NCBI GenBank assembly: GCA_963665295.1
Contig: OY762209.1
Location: forward strand, 1,056,001-1,120,000
From: Syntrophorhabdaceae bacterium
Lineage (GTDB): Bacteria > Desulfobacterota > Syntrophorhabdia > Syntrophorhabdales > Syntrophorhabdaceae
Reading direction: 5' to 3'
DNA length: 64,000 bases
This document shows positions 1 through 11,632 of the stretch, piece after piece (position 1 is the stretch's first letter; each line of letters starts with the position of its first letter). The notes beneath the pieces are model-generated. The model made no database searches. It worked only from the letters and a program-made list of their open reading frames with translations, and was not told the DNA's origin. A program made the position numbers and the translations under genes.

Positions 1-516
1 CGCAAGCTCGCCCAGATACGACATCACCTGGGCGAGCTTCTCCCCGGACACAACCGGCACCTGCCTCAACGCCTCAAGGTATGCCTCAACGTCATAATCA
101 TATTCTTTCGCCTGCCTCCGGAACCGCCCCACGTCCGCCTCACCTCTCAGAACCTGACCCGTCGCGAGGCTCGCAAGGTGCCTCCCGTTGATTATGATAG
201 GCGTCGCGCAATCTACAAGCCCGTGGGCGCACTCTTCTATCACCACCTGGCCCACCTCCTTCAACTGACCGGTAAGGCGTACGTTACTCGCCACGCATTT
301 TGCCGCCGAGTCAGGATGGACCCTGTGGAACTTCGTGCACACGTCGTACCATCCCGACGCAATCAGTATTTCCTGACTCGGATGCTCCACAAATCCTATC
401 GTAAAACCCGTGGCCCGGGAGAACTTCTCAAACACCCTTCGAAGCCGCTCAAGGTCGATGAGATCCCTGATCGTATATTTTTCACCCGTCAAACTTTTCC
501 TCGATTCTCGGTCCAT
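1..516 (-). CDS. PocR ligand-binding domain sensor protein, N-terminal part (continues beyond window start)
   Basis: Manual translation: MDRESRKSLTGEKYTIRDLIDLERLRRVFEKFSRATG...GWYDVCTKFHRVHP...CAHGLVDCATPIIINGRHLASLATGQV; PocR-type Cys pattern; GAGGGG RBS. Not in ORF track because it is open at the edge. Confidence 0.8.
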   Translation of the reverse strand, partial: MDRESRKSLTGEKYTIRDLIDLERLRRVFEKFSRATGFTIGFVEHPSQEILIASGWYDVCTKFHRVHPDSAAKCVASNVRLTGQLKEVGQVVIEECAHGLVDCATPIIINGRHLASLATGQVLRGEADVGRFRRQAKEYDYDVEAYLEALRQVPVVSGEKLAQVMSYLGELA

Positions 517-1150
517 TATTCCGTCCCCTCGACATACCCCATAAAAGGCAATCCTCCCATCTCCTCTCGTTCGAGCCCCATCCTGTCCCGCAATTACAGT
601 CTCCCACTTTTTTCACCCCAGATCAACAACCATCCCCTCAAAGATACTCCTCCTTCTACGCCCGCTCCGCCAAGCCCCCTCTCCCGACCACGCCCTACCT
701 TGCTAAAACACCTCTTCCCGCTATATCCCTTTTGTAGCCCTTGTACTGCATTACGACCTCGTCTGAGGGCCAAGTATCATGGACACCTCGTTTCGTGCAG
801 CCTGACGCATTCTCCACGGTCGTTTTTTCATGGTCCCCCGAAAAATTTCCCCTCCCATTACCGCCCACCCCACTCCCTTTGCTTCCCTCTGCCCACCCCG
901 TTTTCTCCACGCCTCGCCGCCAACCCCACCCAATTCCTTCTCCCGGAGAAATGGTCGCCATAAAAAAGGGCACAAACGTAGACCGCCCCCGCGGACCAAC
1001 TTTGACCCCCTCTCCCCTGCTGACAGATCTGAATGATGGTGATGTCCGTGCGCGCCTCGAACGCGGCGCGTGGTGCTGACAATACGTGGCTCGCCCGAAG
1101 CCCGGCGGGAGCCTGCCTCCTCCCGCCCCCGCGCTCGCCCCCTGCAACTC

Positions 1151-1648
1151 CTACCCTTCCCCTGCCGCTCTCCCCCCCGCATCGACAATTACCAGTTCCT
1201 CTGCTGAGAATACCCTTGCATCGAGAATCATAATAAACCCGCCTTGCCTCTTCCCTATCCCCTTGATGAGATCTTTCTTGATTCCCGTTCCGATCTTCGG
1301 CGTAGCCTCGATCTCATCGTCCCCGAACTCCACGACCTCCTGAACCGAATCCACCACCGCGCCCATGACGGTATTCTCCCCCTCAAAAGGTACCTCCACC
1401 ACAATTATGCACGTATCGACCGTCCTCCCTCTGCCCGTAATCCCCAGCTTCACCCCCAGGTCAATAACGGGAACCACGTTCCCCCGCAGGTTGATGACGC
1501 CCCTCATGAACACGGGCGCACCGGGGACTTCCGTAATCCTGGTCAATTCCATAATCTCCCGCACATGGGCCACCTCGAGGCCGAAACCCTCTTCCCCCAT
1601 GGTGAAGGTGAGATACCGCCCCCTCTCCATCATCTCCCCTGAACTCAT
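1151..1648 (-). CDS. cheW: Chemotaxis coupling protein CheW
   Basis: YLTF...GVINLRGNVVPVIDL CheW signature. Confidence 0.93.
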   Translation of the reverse strand: MSSGEMMERGRYLTFTMGEEGFGLEVAHVREIMELTRITEVPGAPVFMRGVINLRGNVVPVIDLGVKLGITGRGRTVDTCIIVVEVPFEGENTVMGAVVDSVQEVVEFGDDEIEATPKIGTGIKKDLIKGIGKRQGGFIMILDARVFSAEELVIVDAGGRAAGEG

Positions 1649-1663
1649 GTCCCTTCGCCCTCT

Positions 1664-3733
1664 CTAACATCTCTCGAAGTCATCATCGAGAATATCGAGA
1701 CTGCTCCCCATGTTCAACGTCACGCCGCCCGCCTTCGTACCGTTTCCCTCTGTGCGGTTTTGAAAAACGGCCCTGAATGACCCACCGCCGTTCTTTCCTG
1801 TTCCGCGACGGACGCGCAGCCCCACTTCGGAAGTCTCCTTGTCTCCGGCCTTGAGGAAGGAGATGGTCTCTTGTAGCTGCTCGGCCTGACTCGACAACTC
1901 CTCCGATGTAGCCGCCATCTCTTCCGTGGCCGACGCGTTCTGCTGAATTACCTGGTCCAGTTGCTGAATGGCCTGATTAATCTGTTCCGCCCCCGCGTTC
2001 TGCTCATGGCTCGCTGCGCTGATCTCCTGAACAAGCTCCGCAGTCCTCTGGATATCAGGCACGATCTTCCCCAGCATCTCGCCCGCCCTCACCGCGACCT
2101 CGACGCTCGAAGTGGAAAGCTTACTAATCTCCCCTGCCGCGCCCTGGCTCCTCTCCGCCAGCTTACGCACCTCAGAGGCCACCACCGCAAATCCCTTGCC
2201 GTGTTCCCCTGCCCGGGCCGCTTCTATCGCCGCGTTCAGGGCAAGAAGGTTCGTTTGCCGCGCGATCTCCTCTATGATGGTGATCTTCTCCGCTATCTCC
2301 TTCATGGCAGCAACAGTCTCCCTCACTGCGCGGCCACCTTCGCCCGCGTCCTCCGCCGATTTCAGGGCGATCTTCTCGGTCTGGTGTGCATTGTCCGCGT
2401 TCTGCCTGATATTGGAAACCATCTGCTCCATAGACGAGGAGATCTCTTCCGCCGAAGCCGCCTGTTCGGTCGCCCCCTGAGAGATCTGCTGAGAGGTGGC
2501 GTTCGTCTGGGCGCTCCCGGATGCCACGTTGTCCGCCGCATTCTTCACGTCATTTACCACCTCGATGAGCCTCCTTACCATGGACGCAAGGGCTTTCATA
2601 AGCTCGTCTTTCTCCGACCGCTCCTTCACTTCCACCATGAGGTTGCCCTTCGCGATCTCCCTCGCAAGCCCCGACACGCCGTTCATGGAGTCGATCAGCA
2701 CATTCAGGTTGTTCTTGATCCCGTTGAAATCGCCGTTGTACGCCACCGTGATCCTATCGGGAATATCTCCCTTGGAGATCCTCTCTACATACTCGGCAGC
2801 CACATTCAGGGGGCCAATCACCGCATTCAGGGTATCGTTGATGCCCCGCACGATCTCCCTGTACCCTCCCTTGAACTCTTCCGCCCTTCCCCTCGTGGAC
2901 AGCCTCCCGTCAACAGCCGCCCTCGTGAGCGCCTCCGTCTCCCCTATCAGGGCCCGCAGGGTCTCCACCATGCTACTGAAGGATCGGGCCAGAAGCCCCG
3001 CCTCGTCCTTCCCGTCTACCTCCACAGTCATCCCCACGTCCCCAAGGGCAAGCCTGTCCGTTGCCTCCACAAGCTCCATGAGGGGTTGCTTTATGGAGCG
3101 GGTAATGTAATAGGCGGTACACACGGCGAAGCACAAAGCAAAAAGGCCGATGCCTATCAGCAGATTACGAGCCGACCCGTACGCCGCCGCCGCCTCCTGA
3201 TACCGGGCCTCGTTCATCTCCTTCTGGTACCGCACCATTTCGCCGTACACCGCGTTCAGTTCCACGGAGTTGGGCCTCGACTCTCTCATGTAGAGGGCGA
3301 GGGCCTCGGCTGACTTCCCTGACGATGCAAGACCGGTCACCCTGTCGTTGATCTCCCTGCCCTTCCCCGTAACAGCCTTGATCTTCCCTATGATCTGCCT
3401 GCCTTTTTCCGTGTCGTCAAGCTTCTCCAGCTTCTCCATGGCCTCTTTGTAAGCCCCCCGGTCCGCTGCGAGCTTCTGTTTTTCCTCCGCCACCACCGCG
3501 CTGTCCTTGGTCGCCGCAATAGCGAGCATTGATTTCGCCACGTCGCTTATGGCCCTGGAGGCGTCGTTCGCGTGCTCGATCTTGACATTATTCACCCGCA
3601 CTATCCGGTCAAGCTTGTCACTCACGCTCCTCATGCTCCCGAGGCCGACGACGGTCAATATCACCATAAGCGCCACCACGATCCCAAAACCCGCCCCAAG
3701 TCTCGTGCCTATCCTTACGTCTCTCAGTTTCAT
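1664..3733 (-). CDS. Methyl-accepting chemotaxis protein (periplasmic four-helix sensor, multiple HAMP, MA domain)
   Basis: Two TM segments; [40 protein letters not shown]; start set at MKLRDVRIG after GAAGGAG. Confidence 0.93.
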   Translation of the reverse strand: MKLRDVRIGTRLGAGFGIVVALMVILTVVGLGSMRSVSDKLDRIVRVNNVKIEHANDASRAISDVAKSMLAIAATKDSAVVAEEKQKLAADRGAYKEAMEKLEKLDDTEKGRQIIGKIKAVTGKGREINDRVTGLASSGKSAEALALYMRESRPNSVELNAVYGEMVRYQKEMNEARYQEAAAAYGSARNLLIGIGLFALCFAVCTAYYITRSIKQPLMELVEATDRLALGDVGMTVEVDGKDEAGLLARSFSSMVETLRALIGETEALTRAAVDGRLSTRGRAEEFKGGYREIVRGINDTLNAVIGPLNVAAEYVERISKGDIPDRITVAYNGDFNGIKNNLNVLIDSMNGVSGLAREIAKGNLMVEVKERSEKDELMKALASMVRRLIEVVNDVKNAADNVASGSAQTNATSQQISQGATEQAASAEEISSSMEQMVSNIRQNADNAHQTEKIALKSAEDAGEGGRAVRETVAAMKEIAEKITIIEEIARQTNLLALNAAIEAARAGEHGKGFAVVASEVRKLAERSQGAAGEISKLSTSSVEVAVRAGEMLGKIVPDIQRTAELVQEISAASHEQNAGAEQINQAIQQLDQVIQQNASATEEMAATSEELSSQAEQLQETISFLKAGDKETSEVGLRVRRGTGKNGGGSFRAVFQNRTEGNGTKAGGVTLNMGSSLDILDDDFERC

Positions 3734-3773
3734 ACGACACTCTCCTTCATCGACGTTAACCTCATTATCCTGC

Positions 3774-3798
3774 AAAAGGCCGCCCTCTCCCGGCGGCC
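3774..3798 (-). terminator. Possible intrinsic terminator between cheY and the MCP gene
   Basis: GGCCGCC-GGGAGAG-GGCGGCC-TTTT on minus strand; short U-tract. Confidence 0.45.
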
Positions 3799-3821
3799 CC
3801 CTCACATGGGCAACTGATCTC

Positions 3822-4187
3822 TCATCCCAACACCCGCCTCACCACCGTAAGAAGCTGCTCGAACCTGAAAGGTTTCACGATCCATCCCGTGGCCCCCGCC
3901 GCCCTTCCCTCATGCTTTTTCGAGTCCTGCGACTCCGTGGTAAGCATTATGACAGGAACGAACCTCGTCTCCGCCCTCTTTCGCAGCTCCCTGATGAGCC
4001 CGATGCCATCCAGATTCGGCATATTCAGGTCCGTAATCACCATATGAACCGGATAGCCCATCAGTTTCGTCAGTGCCTCCCGTCCGTCCGATGCCTGGAC
4101 CACTTCGTACCCCGCATCCCTCAGGGTATAGCTCACCATCTGACGAATGCTCGACGAGTCATCCACCGACAGAATCCGTTTGCTCAT
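3822..4187 (-). CDS. cheY: Chemotaxis response regulator CheY
   Basis: Single receiver domain: VDDS, TDLNMP, LTTES, WIVKPF. Confidence 0.9.
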   Translation of the reverse strand: MSKRILSVDDSSSIRQMVSYTLRDAGYEVVQASDGREALTKLMGYPVHMVITDLNMPNLDGIGLIRELRKRAETRFVPVIMLTTESQDSKKHEGRAAGATGWIVKPFRFEQLLTVVRRVLG

Positions 4188-4938
4188 TTCCCTCCCTCTT
4201 GCTCACACCCATGCACAGCCCCTGGGGGGGCGCCCTCTTGTCGCCGCTCCCTCCCGCGAAGCCCACCTCAGCCCTGCCGCTGCGAATAGATCCTCCTACC
4301 GCGCAGCCGAAAAGCCGCGCTATCGCGAGAGATGCCCACAATGTCCATAGTCTGATTTATTGCTGAAGAGTTGTCCCCGGCCGAAGGTAAGGGCATGTGA
4401 TTAATTTCACTACCGCCTTCGCGAAGACCCGGGGCCGGCCTGTAGTTGATTGCAGATGGGGAAATAGTCGCTCCCCGTCCGGAAGAATGTACCGCCTCGT
4501 AATCTGGAGCGTCCTCACGCATCTGTCACTCCCTCTGTTACGACAGCCCGTGTATATGTCGCTGCGAAGCCCAATGCTTCCGGCCCGGGGAGCCCGCGCT
4601 CCCCACGAAAAGGATGCCCACCCCGTTGCGACGGCGAACATTCCTATGTATGGCGAATTCCCACCGCTCGAAGAAATTCTCATCCCTTCGTTTCCTGTTA
4701 TCGGCAAACCAGCCCATTTCTTAACCTATTTTGTCCCATATTCCTTCTGTCGCGATCCTTTCTCTCTCCTGCGGCGCGCAAAATGCGGGCAAGGCGCAAC
4801 GCCCTCCCGTCATATGGGAATCCATCCATTCCCATGCCGCCCCAGGCATAAATGGATTGCCTGTTTCCCCCGTCCTTCCATGGGAGACTGCTGCACCCAA
4901 CCCCGGGCGGGGTTGGGTGGAATCATCGAATAGGTCTA

Positions 4939-5541
4939 TTATTTCGCTAGCTTGAGAAAGTTCTGGAGGAGCTTGAGCCCCACCTTCTGGCTTTTTTCCG
5001 GGTGAAACTGACAGGCAAAGACGTGTTTCTTCTGAATGGAAGAGCAGAAGTCCGTGCCGTAATTCGTTTTGGTGGCCACCACGTCTTCCTCGGGAAGACA
5101 GTAGTAGGAATGGACGAAATAGAAGAATTCACTGTCGGCTATGCCGTCGAGGACCTCGGCGCCTTTTACCCGCTCTATGCTGTTCCACCCCATGTGGGGC
5201 ACCTTCATGTCGCCCTTGAATCGCGGGACTGTCCCCTTCACAAACCCCATTCCCTTCACGCCGGGAGCCTCTTCACTCGTTTCAAAGAGTATCTGCATGC
5301 CGAGACATATGCCCAGATAGAGCTTATCGTTCATGATGAGGTCCCTGATAAAGTCGAGGAGGTCAAACTTTTCGAGGTTTTCTATGCACTTGCCGAAAGC
5401 CCCCACCCCAGGAAGGACGATCCCTTTCGCCTCTTCGATGACCGACTTATCCCTCGTGATCACCGCATCCGCCCTGAGTTTCTTGAAGGCGTTCGTCACG
5501 CTCCTCAGGTTCCCCATTCCATAATCTACGATGGCAATCAT
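4939..5541 (-). CDS. hisH: Imidazole glycerol phosphate synthase glutaminase subunit
   Basis: MIAIVDYGMGNL, GICLGMQ, QFHPEKS; start overlaps hisB stop. Confidence 0.95.
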   Translation of the reverse strand: MIAIVDYGMGNLRSVTNAFKKLRADAVITRDKSVIEEAKGIVLPGVGAFGKCIENLEKFDLLDFIRDLIMNDKLYLGICLGMQILFETSEEAPGVKGMGFVKGTVPRFKGDMKVPHMGWNSIERVKGAEVLDGIADSEFFYFVHSYYCLPEEDVVATKTNYGTDFCSSIQKKHVFACQFHPEKSQKVGLKLLQNFLKLAK

Positions 5542-6122
5542 AACATCCCTTTCGTGGACAGAGCGCCTTTTACCCGTTCGTCCTTTGTTACCGCATCCTT
5601 GAGCGCCCTTCCGAAGGCCTTGAACACCGCCTCCACCTTGTGGTGCAGGTTCTCCCCGTAGAGCAGGTTCACATGGAGGGCGCACTTCGCCTCGCCCACG
5701 AAACCCTTGAAAAATTCCCTCACCACGTCCACATCGAACATGGCTATCCTGCCGTTAAGCTCCCCTTTCCATACGAAAGTGGGTCGTCCGCTCATATCCA
5801 GGGCAACCATGACCAGGGATTCGTCCATAGGCACGATGGCGTGACCATACCTCTTCAATCCCTCGAAGTTGCCCAGGGCTTCCTTGAATGTCCTGCCGAG
5901 CACGATGCCCACGTCCTCCACCGTATGATGGGAGTCTACCTCGATGTCGCCTTTTGCCTCTATGGTGAGGTCGAAAAAACCGTGCCGTGCGAAGAGGTGG
6001 AGCATGTGGTCAAAGAAGGGTATTCCCGTCGAGATGGTCGAATTCCCCTCGCCGTCAACGGTGATCCCCACCACGATGGTAGTTTCCTTTGTCTCTCTCT
6101 CCACTTTTGCGACTCTTGCCAT
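5538..6122 (-). CDS. hisB: Imidazoleglycerol-phosphate dehydratase
   Basis: FFDHML, DSHHTVED, NLHHKVEA. Confidence 0.96.
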   Translation of the reverse strand: MARVAKVERETKETTIVVGITVDGEGNSTISTGIPFFDHMLHLFARHGFFDLTIEAKGDIEVDSHHTVEDVGIVLGRTFKEALGNFEGLKRYGHAIVPMDESLVMVALDMSGRPTFVWKGELNGRIAMFDVDVVREFFKGFVGEAKCALHVNLLYGENLHHKVEAVFKAFGRALKDAVTKDERVKGALSTKGML

Positions 6123-6131
6123 CCGGTCCCC

Positions 6132-7001
6132 CTATGGTATGACCTTATTCAACGGGTACTCCACGATGCCCTCGGCGCCCGCCCGCTTAAGGTCGGGGAT
6201 AATGTCCCTTACCACCTTCTCGTCAATGATCACCTCTATGGCAACCCACTTCTCGTCGGAGAGGTTCGATATGGTGGGAGTGTTAAGGGACGGGAGAATG
6301 CCTGTCACTGTCGCCAGTTGGCTTCTCGGCACGTTCATCTTGAGCCCCACCTTCTCCTCAGCGAGGAGCGCCCCTTTCAACAATATCATTATATTCTCTA
6401 TCTTCCTTTTTTTCCACTTGTCTTTCCAGGCGTCCTTGTTTGCAATCACCACGGTTTCCGATTCGAGGATGGTATCCACGATTCTCAGGTTGTTGGCCCT
6501 GAGCGAGTCCCCTGTCTCCGTGACCTCGATGATCGCGTCCGCAAGGAGCGGCGGTTTTACCTCCGTGGCGCCCCACGAGAATTCCACGCTCGCGTCGATC
6601 CCCTTCTTCTTAAGGAACCTTTTCGTAAAAGCCACCAACTCGGTAGCGATCTTCTTTCCCTTCAGGTCCTCCACTGTATTGATGGGGGAATCGTTGGGCA
6701 CGGCGATCACCCATTTTACGCCCCGGAAACCGACTTTGCCGTACCTCAGGCGGATAAGCTCCACCACCTTGGCGTCCTGTTCAAGCACCCAGTCATACCC
6801 CGTAATACCTACGTCGAGTATGCCGTCCTGAACGTAGCGCGCCATTTCCTGGGCCCTGATCACAAGGCCCTCGAGTTCGGGGTCGTCGATAACGGGCACA
6901 TACGACCTTTCAGGCAGTTTAATGGTATACCCCGCGTTCTTGAACAGTCTGAATGTGGACTCCTGCAAGCTTCCTTTCGGCAGACCTATTTTCAGCTTCA
7001 T
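6132..7001 (-). CDS. hisG: ATP phosphoribosyltransferase, long form
   Basis: [16 protein letters not shown]-terminal regulatory domain ([13 protein letters not shown]). Confidence 0.95.
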   Translation of the reverse strand: MKLKIGLPKGSLQESTFRLFKNAGYTIKLPERSYVPVIDDPELEGLVIRAQEMARYVQDGILDVGITGYDWVLEQDAKVVELIRLRYGKVGFRGVKWVIAVPNDSPINTVEDLKGKKIATELVAFTKRFLKKKGIDASVEFSWGATEVKPPLLADAIIEVTETGDSLRANNLRIVDTILESETVVIANKDAWKDKWKKRKIENIMILLKGALLAEEKVGLKMNVPRSQLATVTGILPSLNTPTISNLSDEKWVAIEVIIDEKVVRDIIPDLKRAGAEGIVEYPLNKVIP

Positions 7002-8275
7002 TTAAGCTCCTTTCTTGCCTTTATCGCCTCTCCGTGGGCAAAGAGACCTTCGATCCGGGACAGCCTTATGGCGCTGTCGCCGTATTGTTCGACAAATTCT
7101 TTCTCCACCTTCACCACTGCCTTTCTCCTCATGAAGGTGTCAACGGAAAGCCCTGCGGTGAACCTCCCCGCCCCGCTCGTGGGAAGGACGTGGTTCGTGC
7201 CTATGTAGTAATCCCCCATGGCCACCGGGGTATAAGGGCCTACATAGAGGATACCCGCGTAAAGGATCTTCCGCTCCAGGGTCTCGTCGCCTATGAGTTC
7301 CATATGTTCCGGGGCGATGGCGTTGACCAGGGTCACCGCCTTTTCCGTGTCCGGGCAGTATGCGAGAAAACCGTTGTCCTCAAGGGCCTTTTCCATGACA
7401 GCCCTTCTCGGGCTCCCTGCGGCCAGCTCCTCCATCTTCCTCCGGACAAGTTCCAGGTGCTCCCTGGAGGGCGAAAAAAGCCCTACCATGGCCATCTCGT
7501 CGTGCTCGGCCTGGGACAGGAGGTCCCATGCGAGGGCATTCGGGTCAAAGGGCTCTGTGCAAAGCACGACCAGTTCCGACGGTCCCGCGAGCATGTCTAT
7601 GCCCACCCTCCCGTACACATCCCGCTTTGCTTCCTCCACATAGGCGTTGCCCGGCCCGACTATCATATCCACCTTGGGAATGGAGCCGGTGCCGTAGGAA
7701 AAGGCATATATGGCCTGGGCCCCGCCGATCCTGTACACTCCCGTAACGCCGAGAAGTTCGCATGCGGCCAGTATGTAAGGGTTTATCACTCCATCCTTCG
7801 AAGGGGTGGCCACGAATATCTCGCTCACGCCGGCCAACTGGGCCGGCACGACCCCCATGGTCACCGACGAAGGGTACGGCGCGGTTCCGCCCGGCACGTA
7901 GACCATGGCCCTTTCCACGGGCACCCATTCGTCCTTCACCAGAAGGCCCTTGCTTTTGTAGGTCCTGCCCCGGGTCTTCTGGGTCCGGTGGTAGGCCCTC
8001 ACGTTCTTTATCATGCCTTTGAGTATTGCCGCGTCGGCCTTCGGTATCCCGGAAGCAGCTTCTTGTATCTCTTCGGCGGGGACTTTGAGCGGGTGGTCAT
8101 GCTGCCAGCCGTCCCACTTCCTTCCGAACTCCCGGAGTGCACCCTCCCCTTCGGCGAGGAGCGCCTGCTTTATGCCCTTGACCGCGGCGGTGATGCTTGT
8201 CTTTCTCTTCTCTCTGCCTTCCAGGATGAAGGGGACGAAGTAATCGAACTCTCTCTCAATGTCCCATATCTTCAT
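6998..8275 (-). CDS. hisD: Histidinol dehydrogenase
   Basis: [38 protein letters not shown]. Confidence 0.95.
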   Translation of the reverse strand: MKIWDIEREFDYFVPFILEGREKRKTSITAAVKGIKQALLAEGEGALREFGRKWDGWQHDHPLKVPAEEIQEAASGIPKADAAILKGMIKNVRAYHRTQKTRGRTYKSKGLLVKDEWVPVERAMVYVPGGTAPYPSSVTMGVVPAQLAGVSEIFVATPSKDGVINPYILAACELLGVTGVYRIGGAQAIYAFSYGTGSIPKVDMIVGPGNAYVEEAKRDVYGRVGIDMLAGPSELVVLCTEPFDPNALAWDLLSQAEHDEMAMVGLFSPSREHLELVRRKMEELAAGSPRRAVMEKALEDNGFLAYCPDTEKAVTLVNAIAPEHMELIGDETLERKILYAGILYVGPYTPVAMGDYYIGTNHVLPTSGAGRFTAGLSVDTFMRRKAVVKVEKEFVEQYGDSAIRLSRIEGLFAHGEAIKARKELK

Positions 8276-9530
8276 CTTTCCTCCTTGATATCCTGGCGCC
8301 GAGGCCCGACAGCTTCTCTTCTATGGATTCGTATCCACGGTCTATATGGTATATCCGCGATATCTCCGTGGAACCGTACGCCGCGAGACCCGCGATGATG
8401 AGGGATGCGCTCGCCCTTAGGTCCGTTGCCATTACCTTTGCCCCGGAAAGGGTCTTGCCGCCCTTCACTATGGCCGTATTGCCTATCACCCGGATATCTG
8501 CGCCCATGCGGCGCAGCTCGGCCACGTGCATCATCCTGTTCTCGAATATGGTCTCCGTTATGGCGCTCACACCCCGGGAAACGCTCATGAGGGCCATCAT
8601 CTGGGCCTGCATGTCCGTGGGGAACCCCGGGTAGGGAACGGTTTTGATGTCCACCGCCACGGGTCTCTTCTTGTTCATTGCCGCCTTGATGACCCCGTCC
8701 TCCTCGGCGATTTCCATGCCCGATTCCCTGAGCTTGTCAATGACCGACTTGATGTGGCCCGGGGCACAGCCCTCAACGGCAATGTTGCCCCTCGTCATGG
8801 CGCATGCCGCAAGGAAGGTGCCTGCCTCGATCCTGTCGGGAATTACATCATAATCACACGGTATAAGGGTATCCACGCCCCTTATCCTGATGACCTCTGT
8901 TCCCTCGCCGTCTATCCTTGCCCCCATCTTCTTGAGCATGCACGCGAGGTCCACAATCTCCGGCTCCCGCGCCGCGTTCTCGATAATGGTCTCGCCCTTC
9001 GCACGGACCGCGGCCATGAGGATGTTTTCCGTTCCGCCCACGGTGGTGGTCTCGAAGGTGATCCTCGCGCCCTTCATCCGGTCCGCCGTGACATCCACGT
9101 AACCTTCCCTTATGTTGACCTCGCATCCCAGGAGGGAAAGGCCTTTCAGGTGGAGATCGATGGGCCTCTCTCCTATGGCGCATCCGCCAGGATAGGAAAC
9201 CGTAGCCTTGCCGAGACCGCCCAAAAGGGACCCCAGGACGAGTACGGAAGCCCTCATCTCCTTCACCAGCTCATAAGGGGCCACGTGATTCTCCATACCT
9301 TTCGTGTCCACGTGGAGCCGGTGGCCGTCGAGCCATTCCGTTTTCGCGCCGAGAATGCCGATGAGCCTCATCATGGTCTCCACGTCCCTGAGGCGCGGTA
9401 CATTCCCTATGACATAGTCACCCTTTTGAAGGACCGTCGCCGCGAGGACAGGCAACACGGCGTTCTTCGATCCGCTGATCTTCACCGTGCCTTTGAGTCT
9501 CTCGCCGCCTTCTATTACGAATTTGTCCAT
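8256..9530 (-). CDS. murA: UDP-N-acetylglucosamine 1-carboxyvinyltransferase
   Basis: MDKFVIEGG, SGSKNA, PGGCAIGERP, PGFPTDMQ. Confidence 0.96.
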   Translation of the reverse strand: MDKFVIEGGERLKGTVKISGSKNAVLPVLAATVLQKGDYVIGNVPRLRDVETMMRLIGILGAKTEWLDGHRLHVDTKGMENHVAPYELVKEMRASVLVLGSLLGGLGKATVSYPGGCAIGERPIDLHLKGLSLLGCEVNIREGYVDVTADRMKGARITFETTTVGGTENILMAAVRAKGETIIENAAREPEIVDLACMLKKMGARIDGEGTEVIRIRGVDTLIPCDYDVIPDRIEAGTFLAACAMTRGNIAVEGCAPGHIKSVIDKLRESGMEIAEEDGVIKAAMNKKRPVAVDIKTVPYPGFPTDMQAQMMALMSVSRGVSAITETIFENRMMHVAELRRMGADIRVIGNTAIVKGGKTLSGAKVMATDLRASASLIIAGLAAYGSTEISRIYHIDRGYESIEEKLSGLGARISRRKDEDMGH

Positions 9531-10345
9531 GAGCCTGTAATCACCCTTTCCTTGTGGGCAAGGTCCTTCTTTATCGTTGCCGAAAGCCCACACGATTTCA
9601 ATAGATCCACCATCTTTCCCGCCTGCCCCGGAGCGCCGATCTCCATCAAGGCAAACCCGTTCCTGTTCAGGCGATCCGGCAGGCACGACACGAACCTCCG
9701 GTAGACATCAAGCCCGTCGAGCCCTCCGAGGAGGGCAAGGGCCGGCTCGTAGCCCTTTACATCGATCATCACCTCGTCCCATTCATCCTCCGCCACATAG
9801 GGGAGGTTCGCAAGGATCATGTCGAACCTGCGCCCGGGCCCAATGGCCTCGAACAAATCGGAGCAGACGAAGGTCAGCCTCTCGGGGACCCCCGAGTTCA
9901 GCCCGTTTCGCCTTGCCGTGCGTAGCGCCTCCATGGAGACATCCACGCACATTACCTTTCTTGAGGATAGCCGGGCTATGGTGGCGCCGATGGCGCCCGA
10001 GCCCGTGCCCATATCGACCACGGTAACAAGGTCGGACCGCCTCTCAAGGATGGTGAGGGCTTCCTCCACAAGGAGCTCCGTCTCCGGCCTCGGGATGAGT
10101 ACACCCCGGTCGACCGCAAAGGAATGGGAGAAAAACTCCTTCTCGCCCGTGATATAGGCAAGGGGCTTCCCTGCCTTTCTTTCCTCGAAGAGTCTCAGGA
10201 CGTTCCACGCCTCCTCCTCCCCTATTTCCCGGTCAAGGTCCATGAGGACCTCTTCTTTTCTGAGGGAAAGGGCAAAGGAGAGGATGTTGAGGCTGTCCAA
10301 CCCCTGAATCTCACCGGCCTTCGCCATGATGTCCCGAATGCGCAA
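9515..10345 (-). CDS. prmC: Release factor glutamine methyltransferase
   Basis: VLIPRPETE, DMGTGSG, NLPY; follows prfA. Confidence 0.93.
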   Translation of the reverse strand: MRIRDIMAKAGEIQGLDSLNILSFALSLRKEEVLMDLDREIGEEEAWNVLRLFEERKAGKPLAYITGEKEFFSHSFAVDRGVLIPRPETELLVEEALTILERRSDLVTVVDMGTGSGAIGATIARLSSRKVMCVDVSMEALRTARRNGLNSGVPERLTFVCSDLFEAIGPGRRFDMILANLPYVAEDEWDEVMIDVKGYEPALALLGGLDGLDVYRRFVSCLPDRLNRNGFALMEIGAPGQAGKMVDLLKSCGLSATIKKDLAHKERVITGSWTNS

Positions 10346-10352
10346 CGGCTTT

Positions 10353-11417
10353 TTACCCTTTTTTTATCGTTTCCGATCGGAAATGAGCGGTCAGTGGGGC
10401 GATGATGCTGTCCAGGTTTCCGTCTAAAACATCCTGGAGCTTGTAGAGTGTGAGGCCGATCCTGTGGTCCGTAACCCTTCCCTGGGGAAAGTTGTACGTT
10501 CTTATCCGTTCGCTTCTGTCTCCGGTGCCTACCTGCTTTCTCCGTTCTTCCGAGATTTCCTGCTCTTTCTCGCTTTCCATCTTCTCTTTCAGCCTTGCCC
10601 GGAGCACCCTGATGGCCTTCGCCTTGTTCTTGTGCTGGGACTTCTCGTCCTGACACGTGACCACGATGCCGGTGGGCAGGTGCGTTATCCTCACCGCCGA
10701 GTCGGTGGTATTCACGTGCTGGCCGCCGGGGCCGCTCGATCTGAAAACGTCGATTCTGAGTTCCTCGGGGCTTATGTCGAACTCCAGCTCCTCCGGCTCG
10801 GCGAGGACCGCCACCGTCACCGTGGACGTGTGTATCCGGCCCTGCGCTTCCGTGAGGGGGACCCTCTGAACCCTGTGGACCCCGCTCTCGTACTTGAGCA
10901 TATTGAAGGCATCCTTGTTTTCCATCACGAGGATAGCCTCCTTCAGTCCGCCCAGGTCGGAGGTGTTCGCCTCCATGAGCTCCGTCTTCCAGCGCATCTT
11001 TTCCGCGTACTTCAGGTACATGGTGAGAAGTTCCCGTCCGAAAAGGGCCGCCTCTTCGCCGCCTGTGCCTGCCCTGATCTCCAGGAAGGTACTCTTCGCC
11101 GACGTCTCGTGCTTCTTGAGGAGTCTTTCCGTGAGGCGGTCTTCAAAATCCTGCTGCTCTTTTTCAAGGCGCGCGGCTTCTTCCCGCGCCATCTCCTTGA
11201 ACTCCTCTTCCGTCTCCGAAAGGATCATCTCCGCGACGTTTTCCGCTTCTTCCTTGCGCTTCTTCCACTCTCTGTAGAGGTCTACGACCTCTTTGATCTC
11301 CGTGCGCTCCTTGGCGAGCTTTTTATAGACTTCCATGTTCGCCATCGTTTCGGGCCGCGCCATCTCATCTTCGATTTCCTGGTACCGCTTTTCCGTCTCT
11401 TCTAATCTTTCAAACAT
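10353..11417 (-). CDS. prfA: Peptide chain release factor 1
   Basis: GGQ motif; RF1-type PxT (VPLT). Confidence 0.96.
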   Translation of the reverse strand: MFERLEETEKRYQEIEDEMARPETMANMEVYKKLAKERTEIKEVVDLYREWKKRKEEAENVAEMILSETEEEFKEMAREEAARLEKEQQDFEDRLTERLLKKHETSAKSTFLEIRAGTGGEEAALFGRELLTMYLKYAEKMRWKTELMEANTSDLGGLKEAILVMENKDAFNMLKYESGVHRVQRVPLTEAQGRIHTSTVTVAVLAEPEELEFDISPEELRIDVFRSSGPGGQHVNTTDSAVRITHLPTGIVVTCQDEKSQHKNKAKAIRVLRARLKEKMESEKEQEISEERRKQVGTGDRSERIRTYNFPQGRVTDHRIGLTLYKLQDVLDGNLDSIIAPLTAHFRSETIKKG

Positions 11418-11632
11418 TACGTTGTCGTCTTCTTGCCGTACCTTCTCTCGAATTTTTCAACCTGTCCGGCCGAGTCGATCCGTTTTTCCTTACCCGTGAA
11501 GATAGGGTGGCACTTCGCGCAGATTTCCACGGTGATCTTGTCTTTTACCGACAGGGTCTCAAAGGTGTGGCCGCATGCGCATTTGACTGTGGCGGTCTTC
11601 AGATCCGGGTGTATTCCTTTTTTCATTTTCAT
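11417..11632 (-). CDS. rpmE: 50S ribosomal protein L31 (Zn-binding type)
   Basis: MKKGIHP, CACG, CAKCHP; start could be the second Met. Confidence 0.95.
   Translation of the reverse strand: MKMKKGIHPDLKTATVKCACGHTFETLSVKDKITVEICAKCHPIFTGKEKRIDSAGQVEKFERRYGKKTTT

Noticed and set aside
178..1147. Long Pro/Ser-rich ORFs in the track
   Set aside because: Low-complexity shadow frames; the credible gene is the minus-strand PocR ORF
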